Below are positions 58,645 to 64,000 of a DNA stretch of 64,000 nt, piece after piece. Position 1 is the first letter of the stretch; every line of letters starts with the position of its first letter. A model generated the notes under the pieces. It saw nothing but the letters and a program-made list of their open reading frames with translations. It did no database searches and was not told the origin of the DNA. This DNA is from a virus. The stretch spans positions 1 through 64,000 of the IMG/VR virus record IMGVR_UViG_3300030685_000017; one strand, written 5' to 3'. The position numbers and the translations under genes were made by a program.

Positions 58645-61158
58645 ATGGAAAATTTTACTTGGGAGTGGTTTAAAGATCAAAAACAGTCAAAAGCCATTAT
58701 ATGTCACGCATATAATGAAACAGTTATTTTATTTAAGATGTTAGACGCTCTAAATTTAGGTTGGGGATGGAATTTACCTGATAGATCTACAGATGAGATT
58801 ATTGATCCTTACTCTAAGTACAATCCTTGGACAATTGATAGTGATTGTTTATATGTAGATAATAAGGGTGATGCCGTACATACATTAAAATCTGCATTAG
58901 AGCGTTATGAAATTATTATTGATTTTAAAGATATACCGATAGAACTTAAAAATGAATTTTATGATAAACCTATTTTAAATTCTAATAACTTTTTCCAGAG
59001 ATTCGTGGCAGAAAGTTTTAATATAGGAATAACATGTACAAATAAAAAGCAATTTTTACAATTTTTAGTGCTGATTGTTGAAAAGCATCCAGAAATTATT
59101 TTGGATGAATTTTTAAATACACATTTTAATGAAATTATACAAGAAGCTTATTCGGAAGTTAATCGAGTTGCCGCATATAAAAAATATTATTTTTATTGCG
59201 TTTATAATACAGATGATCAGAATATTTGTTATGTGGGATATATTTATGATGAAGATATTAATGGCTTACAATTATGGGAAAAGTTAAATCATTTATATGA
59301 TTTTTATGAAGTATTTCCATATATAACAGAAAGGGTAAATGAGATGAAAAAAGAACATGATGTACCATTTTCTTGGGAAGATTTCTTTAATGATAGTAAT
59401 TATTATTACGTTTATTGCAAAACAAGACAGGAGATATCACAATTTTTTGATTTTCTAATTCAAGCCGGAATAGCTACGTATGTAGAACTGGAAGAAATGA
59501 TTAAAGATAGAGAAGTATTTTTAAATCAGGTTTTAGACGGATCAAAAAATGGTATACTGGTAGATAACCGCGGTGCATGGTACAGTTATCGAGATATAGA
59601 TGCAAGAGATAAATATGTCTATACTTTCGAAGAAGTACTTGAAAACAGTAAGGGAGAACAAATGGACTTTAATCAAGTAGACGAAGTAATAAAGAATGGA
59701 GAAATAGAAATGGATAATACAGAAGAAGTAAAAGAAAAAGAAGTAACAGAAACAAAAGCGACGGGAACTGAAATTACTATAAATACAGTAGTGGATAAAG
59801 AATTACCAATAAAAAATACAGCTTATTCAAGTAAATGTTGGAAAATGAAAGTTACAGCAATTTCTGCTATATCAACAGCTCCAATAGGTAGTGTAATTTT
59901 AAATAAAATTTATGAAGTAAAAGATGGAATTATAATATTGGAAAATGGGATTAAGGCTAAAAAATCTTATTTTTCATATTATAATTTTCATACAGAAGAT
60001 ACAGATTATGGAGATAAGGCTGGTATATCTTGGCAATATATTTATAATTATACAGATACGAAAAAAGAAAAGAAAAAAGAAAAAGTTGTTGACACAGGTA
60101 TACCTTGTAATAAATTTCTTGAAAGATGTTTTAGACCAAAACAGGATAAGCTAAAAGAACAACTTATTAAAGATCTGAAAGAAGTGGGATATGCTCCGAT
60201 AGTTGGTGATGGATATATTTATGCTGTGGGAGATTTTCCTGTTCTTTTAACAGCACATATGGATACGGTTCATAAAAGTGCTCCATATGTAATTGCTATG
60301 GGATATTTAGAAAGAGATAAAAAGAAACTAACTGGAGTAATGTCTCCTCAAGGAATAGGTGGGGATGATCGTTGTGGTATTTATATGATTTTACAATTAG
60401 TGAAAACATATAAATGTTCTATACTTTTTTGTGAAGATGAAGAAATTGGTTGTGTAGGAGTTAAGAAATTTATAAAGTCAATGCCGGGAGTAGTAAATAA
60501 TTTAAAAATTCAATGTAATTATATAATTGAACTTGATCGTAAAGGCAGTGATGATGCTGTATTTTATAATTGTGATAATAAAGATTTTGAGACCTTTATC
60601 ACAACTAAAACTAAATTTAAAAAAGCTTTCGGATCTTGTTCTGATATATCTTATCTTGCACCAGCGGTAGGACTTGCGGCAGTAAATTTCAGTTGTGCTT
60701 ATTATAATCCTCATACGGATGATGAATATGTACTTTTGGAAGAGTTGGAAGAAAATATAGAGGAAATTAAAAAACTTCTTACCATATCAGAAACCTGTGG
60801 CGCATATGATTATATAGAAAAAACTTATAATTATGCCGGTGGTAAAGGTTATACAAATAATTATCATAATTATAATGCAGATGATGCTTATGATGCTGAA
60901 GAGGATTATGCTAAAAGTTATTTCAAACCTGTTAAAGCTACAAAGAAAGATAAAAAGTCTTCTGTTATAAATAAATCAAAACCGAAATCTATTCCTGCGG
61001 ACACTTTAGATATCACTATGGAAGTAATATTTTTTCGTTCTGGTATTGAAACCACTACAGAAGTATCTGGATTCACTAAAGCAGAACTTTGGTTTAATTT
61101 TTTCATGGATAATCCAGATATCTGTTATAACGATGTCTCAGATTACAGTATTTTTTAA
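58645..61158 (+). CDS. M20/M28-type Zn peptidase with N-terminal family-A-like repeats
   Basis: AHMDTV, GGDDRCG, EDEEIG, ELDRKG, SDI and YYNPHT motifs; three FxW/FF...C.T-type domains at the N-terminus. Confidence 0.85.
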   Translation: MENFTWEWFKDQKQSKAIICHAYNETVILFKMLDALNLGWGWNLPDRSTDEIIDPYSKYNPWTIDSDCLYVDNKGDAVHTLKSALERYEIIIDFKDIPIELKNEFYDKPILNSNNFFQRFVAESFNIGITCTNKKQFLQFLVLIVEKHPEIILDEFLNTHFNEIIQEAYSEVNRVAAYKKYYFYCVYNTDDQNICYVGYIYDEDINGLQLWEKLNHLYDFYEVFPYITERVNEMKKEHDVPFSWEDFFNDSNYYYVYCKTRQEISQFFDFLIQAGIATYVELEEMIKDREVFLNQVLDGSKNGILVDNRGAWYSYRDIDARDKYVYTFEEVLENSKGEQMDFNQVDEVIKNGEIEMDNTEEVKEKEVTETKATGTEITINTVVDKELPIKNTAYSSKCWKMKVTAISAISTAPIGSVILNKIYEVKDGIIILENGIKAKKSYFSYYNFHTEDTDYGDKAGISWQYIYNYTDTKKEKKKEKVVDTGIPCNKFLERCFRPKQDKLKEQLIKDLKEVGYAPIVGDGYIYAVGDFPVLLTAHMDTVHKSAPYVIAMGYLERDKKKLTGVMSPQGIGGDDRCGIYMILQLVKTYKCSILFCEDEEIGCVGVKKFIKSMPGVVNNLKIQCNYIIELDRKGSDDAVFYNCDNKDFETFITTKTKFKKAFGSCSDISYLAPAVGLAAVNFSCAYYNPHTDDEYVLLEELEENIEEIKKLLTISETCGAYDYIEKTYNYAGGKGYTNNYHNYNADDAYDAEEDYAKSYFKPVKATKKDKKSSVINKSKPKSIPADTLDITMEVIFFRSGIETTTEVSGFTKAELWFNFFMDNPDICYNDVSDYSIF

Positions 61159-61260
61159 GAAAGAGGTGATATAATGGGTGGAGATAAAACAGTAGGTGGC
61201 TATATTTCTGACATTGATCGTGGTTAAATAATGTATCACAAACATTGTTAAAATTGGAGT

Positions 61261-61326
61261 ACTTAGTTGGTCTAAATGGAAGGACGCTTATGCGTAGAAA
61301 CGTGAGTTCGATTCTCACACTGAGAT
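61261..61326 (+). ncRNA. tRNA-like element with a truncated anticodon arm
   Basis: Acceptor CTTAGT/ACTGAG, D arm GTCT/GGAC, T arm GTGAG-TTCGATT-CTCAC; only a 2-bp anticodon stem. Confidence 0.65.
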
Positions 61327-61342
61327 TATTGGAGGTATATAA

Positions 61343-61678
61343 ATGAGACAATTTAAAGTTGGACAAAAAATTAAAATTAAAAAATTAGAAGAATTAAAAA
61401 AGTATGGTGAAATAGACTGTGATGGTAATTTACGTTTTTATGATAGTGAATGTTATTTTATACGGAAAGATGAATATAAAGCAATAAAAAATAAATATAT
61501 GACCATTACAGATATTCATTATGGTATAAAACAGAAGGGACTTCAATATTTAGGTTTTAACGCAGAAAAAGAATATGATGGATTTTTAACAAATGAAATG
61601 GTAACAACATCAACAAGTGAAAGTCCTTTCTTTATGACTTTCAAAGATATTATACTGAGAATAGATAATGAAAAGTGA
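61343..61678 (+). CDS. family-B protein with tag FMTFKD
   Basis: FKVGQKIKIKK...YGEIDCDG. Confidence 0.85.
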   Translation: MRQFKVGQKIKIKKLEELKKYGEIDCDGNLRFYDSECYFIRKDEYKAIKNKYMTITDIHYGIKQKGLQYLGFNAEKEYDGFLTNEMVTTSTSESPFFMTFKDIILRIDNEK

Positions 61679-61997
61679 TATGAATAAATTTATAGAGCGT
61701 AAAGATGATATTGAAATACTTGTTACAACAAAAGATCAAGCAAGAATTGTTTGTAAATTTATGAAAAGATTAGGTTGGACATGGGAACACGGAACATCAT
61801 ATAATAATACTTATTGGTCTGAATGTATTTCAAGGGTGTATTATGATAATCATGGGGGCGCACATACCGTTCCACATAGTTTGTCAAAAACCACTATTTC
61901 GTTTCAAGAATTTATAGAATTTTTAATATTTTCTAAACATAAGAATTTTTTAACTTTTAAAGAGAAAGAAGAATATACAAATTTTATAAATAGTTAA
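61668..61997 (+). CDS. divergent family-A protein with tag FLTFKEK
   Basis: GWTWEHGTSY...YYDNHG. Confidence 0.8.
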   Translation: MKSDMNKFIERKDDIEILVTTKDQARIVCKFMKRLGWTWEHGTSYNNTYWSECISRVYYDNHGGAHTVPHSLSKTTISFQEFIEFLIFSKHKNFLTFKEKEEYTNFINS

Positions 61998-62021
61998 TAT
62001 AATTAGACAGGAGAGACTACA

Positions 62022-62915
62022 ATGAAATATATAGAAAGATTAAATTATAACAATAAAATAACCATTAAATTAGTGATACCAAGTTCATGTAATGCTCATT
62101 GTCAATTTTGTTATATGAATGATTATAAAGATATAATGAAAAATAATCAACAAGAATTTTTAAATCATTTTATTGATTCTTTGAATTATCTATTAAAAAA
62201 GATCAATAATAAAGATTCTGTGTCTTTAGATATTACTGGAAATGAACCTACATTTGATATAGAATTATTAATAAAAGTATTAAATATGTTGAAGCAATAT
62301 AATATTCAAGATAAAGTTTCTAGGGTTACATTTACAACAAATGGATTTAATCTATTAAAAGTAATTCCATATTTTAAAAATGTGATTAATTATGTTAATA
62401 TTTCAATGCATCATTATAATCAGGAAGAAAGAAATAAAATATTCAAAACGAATACTCCTTCCAATTATGATTATAAATTAATGGTAGATAAATTAGCAGA
62501 TATTGGAATAAAAACATCTTCTACCTGTGTAACATATAAATCTATTGAAAATTTTAAAAAGTTTATGAATATTTATATATCTTTTTGTAAAGAAATTGGT
62601 TTTGTTTCTGTTAGATTTAGGGATAATGTTTTTTGGAAAGATAGTCAATTTGATATTTATATGAATTTAGCTTTGAATGATGATCAATTTGAAGTTATTC
62701 AGTGTGAGAATACTTCCGATAGTAAATGGTGCAGACTTAAAATGAAAGATAAATTTAGAGTCTTTTTTTTACATGGAGTAAAAGATACTTCTTCTGTAAG
62801 TAAAGGAATAGAATATGTAATTGCAGATGATGGAAAATGTTATACTGATTTTTATAAAAAAGAATCGATAGAAAATTATAAATTGTTAATTGGTAAAATA
62901 TACGATATTAAGTGA
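62022..62915 (+). CDS. radical SAM protein
   Basis: CNAHCQFC (CxxxCxxC), TGNEP and TTNG motifs. Confidence 0.9.
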   Translation: MKYIERLNYNNKITIKLVIPSSCNAHCQFCYMNDYKDIMKNNQQEFLNHFIDSLNYLLKKINNKDSVSLDITGNEPTFDIELLIKVLNMLKQYNIQDKVSRVTFTTNGFNLLKVIPYFKNVINYVNISMHHYNQEERNKIFKTNTPSNYDYKLMVDKLADIGIKTSSTCVTYKSIENFKKFMNIYISFCKEIGFVSVRFRDNVFWKDSQFDIYMNLALNDDQFEVIQCENTSDSKWCRLKMKDKFRVFFLHGVKDTSSVSKGIEYVIADDGKCYTDFYKKESIENYKLLIGKIYDIK

Positions 62916-62930
62916 ATGGAGATATAAAAT

Positions 62931-63446
62931 ATGTATAAAAAATTACAATTGATTAAAAATATATATGTAATAGATGCACAAGAAGAAGAAACAGATTTAA
63001 TGATTTACGGAAATATTTCTTTTAAAAGACAAAATCGTAATCATTTTACATTTGTAGTTGGACAAACATATGATTATAAATCAGTTGAGAATGGTATCAT
63101 TATTTTTTCAGATAATCAAAGAAATGATAATGAATTTAAAATTTTGATTCCACAAAAACGAATATTACAGTATGTTTGTGTAAATTAAAAAAAAGGATGA
63201 ATTATTATGACAAAAAGACAAAATGAAAATTTGGATAATTGTTCAAAAGAACAATTAATTAATATAATTAAACAAATGTATTCTAATGAATTTTCGATTT
63301 CTGAAATTTTAATAGATGCTTCTAAACAACATATAGATAATGATGTGGCTTTAGAAAAAATAAGACTACATTTATACAATAATAGTTTTGATTTTTCTAT
63401 TTCTATACCAGAACAAATCAAATATTTTTTAAAGATAAGGAAATAA
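62931..63446 (+). CDS. hypothetical genes 62931 and 63207
   Basis: ORFs with GGAG/AAGGA RBS. Confidence 0.7.
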
Positions 63447-63450
63447 TATT

Positions 63451-63768
63451 ATGATAAATCCATCTAATACTTATTTTTTTAAAGAAGGAGATATGGTAAC
63501 TATAAAATCATGGTCAGAGATGGAAAAAGAATATGGAACTTTTTTTGGGAATATTTGTACACCTTGTCGTTTTAGGCGGGATATGGAATCTTTATGTGGG
63601 TATAGTTTTATAATAAAGGGTATCACAAATTCGCATAGTAATAGATTTGGAAAATATCAAACATTTTTGTTTAAACGTCGTTATTTTATTGATAATTGGA
63701 TGCTTAAACCGTATAAAAGAACAGAATTTATGACATTTAAAGAAAAGTTAAAGGTGGAATTATTATGA
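63451..63768 (+). CDS. family-B protein with tag FMTFKEK
   Basis: FKEGDMVTIKSWSEMEKEYG. Confidence 0.85.
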   Translation: MINPSNTYFFKEGDMVTIKSWSEMEKEYGTFFGNICTPCRFRRDMESLCGYSFIIKGITNSHSNRFGKYQTFLFKRRYFIDNWMLKPYKRTEFMTFKEKLKVELL

Positions 63769-64000
63769 CATATCATTTTAAAATAGGACAGGAAGTTCAG
63801 TTTAAAAGTTGGGAAGAAATGAAAAAAGAATACGGATTAGATGAAGATGAAGATGGAGATATAAAGACACCGATGTGTTTTTGTACAAGAATGAAACATT
63901 TTTGCGGAACGAGCGACATAGTAGAAGAAATTAAGGAATATGAAGATGATTATGGAGGATTTTATCAAAAAATTGTACTTAGTTACTTTAAAAGTAATAG
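63765..64000 (+). CDS. family-B protein (runs off the window end)
   Basis: MTYHFKIGQEVQFKSWEEMKKEYGLDEDEDG, ATGA-coupled to the upstream gene. Confidence 0.8.
   Translation, partial: MTYHFKIGQEVQFKSWEEMKKEYGLDEDEDGDIKTPMCFCTRMKHFCGTSDIVEEIKEYEDDYGGFYQKIVLSYFKSN

Noticed and set aside
41304-63768. FxTFKER as a purely DNA-level repeat (attC-like cassette site or just the next gene's Shine-Dalgarno)
   Set aside because: Third codon positions vary freely, the frame is conserved and there is no palindrome. SD overlap can explain the Lys/Glu/Arg codons but not F-x-T-F. Not fully excluded.

Overview
This window is part of a large, AT-rich phage genome resembling SPbeta-like siphoviruses of Bacillota (probably with a clostridial host). 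Bases 1-25.5 kb (minus strand) hold a YonO-type single-subunit RNA polymerase followed by the late module: metallophosphoesterase, tRNA-Thr, fibre protein, terminase, portal, prohead protease/scaffold, capsid, neck and tail tube, plus PIN-PhoH and ClpP. Bases 25.7-33.4 kb (plus strand) hold small accessory genes, including an AAA ATPase, methyltransferases and MazG. An abrupt change in base composition near 33.7 kb is a candidate genome end or origin. It is followed by a long plus-strand accessory region (34-64 kb) of small paralogous ORFs, pseudogenes, a tmRNA, seven further tRNAs (five of them Glu-CTC), four aberrant tRNA-like elements and several unassigned structured RNAs. Three observations stand out. 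(1) About 23 ORFs or ORF remnants from unrelated families between 41 and 64 kb end in the same short peptide motif, F-x-T-[FLVIM]-K-[EQ]-[RK], a candidate sorting or docking tag. (2) A free-standing mimic of the 23S rRNA L11-binding (GTPase-associated) domain lies between two tRNA-type elements. (3) The five tRNA-Glu copies have shuffled bodies and anticodon arms. All calls come from reading the sequence and recalling motifs; no database searches were run.
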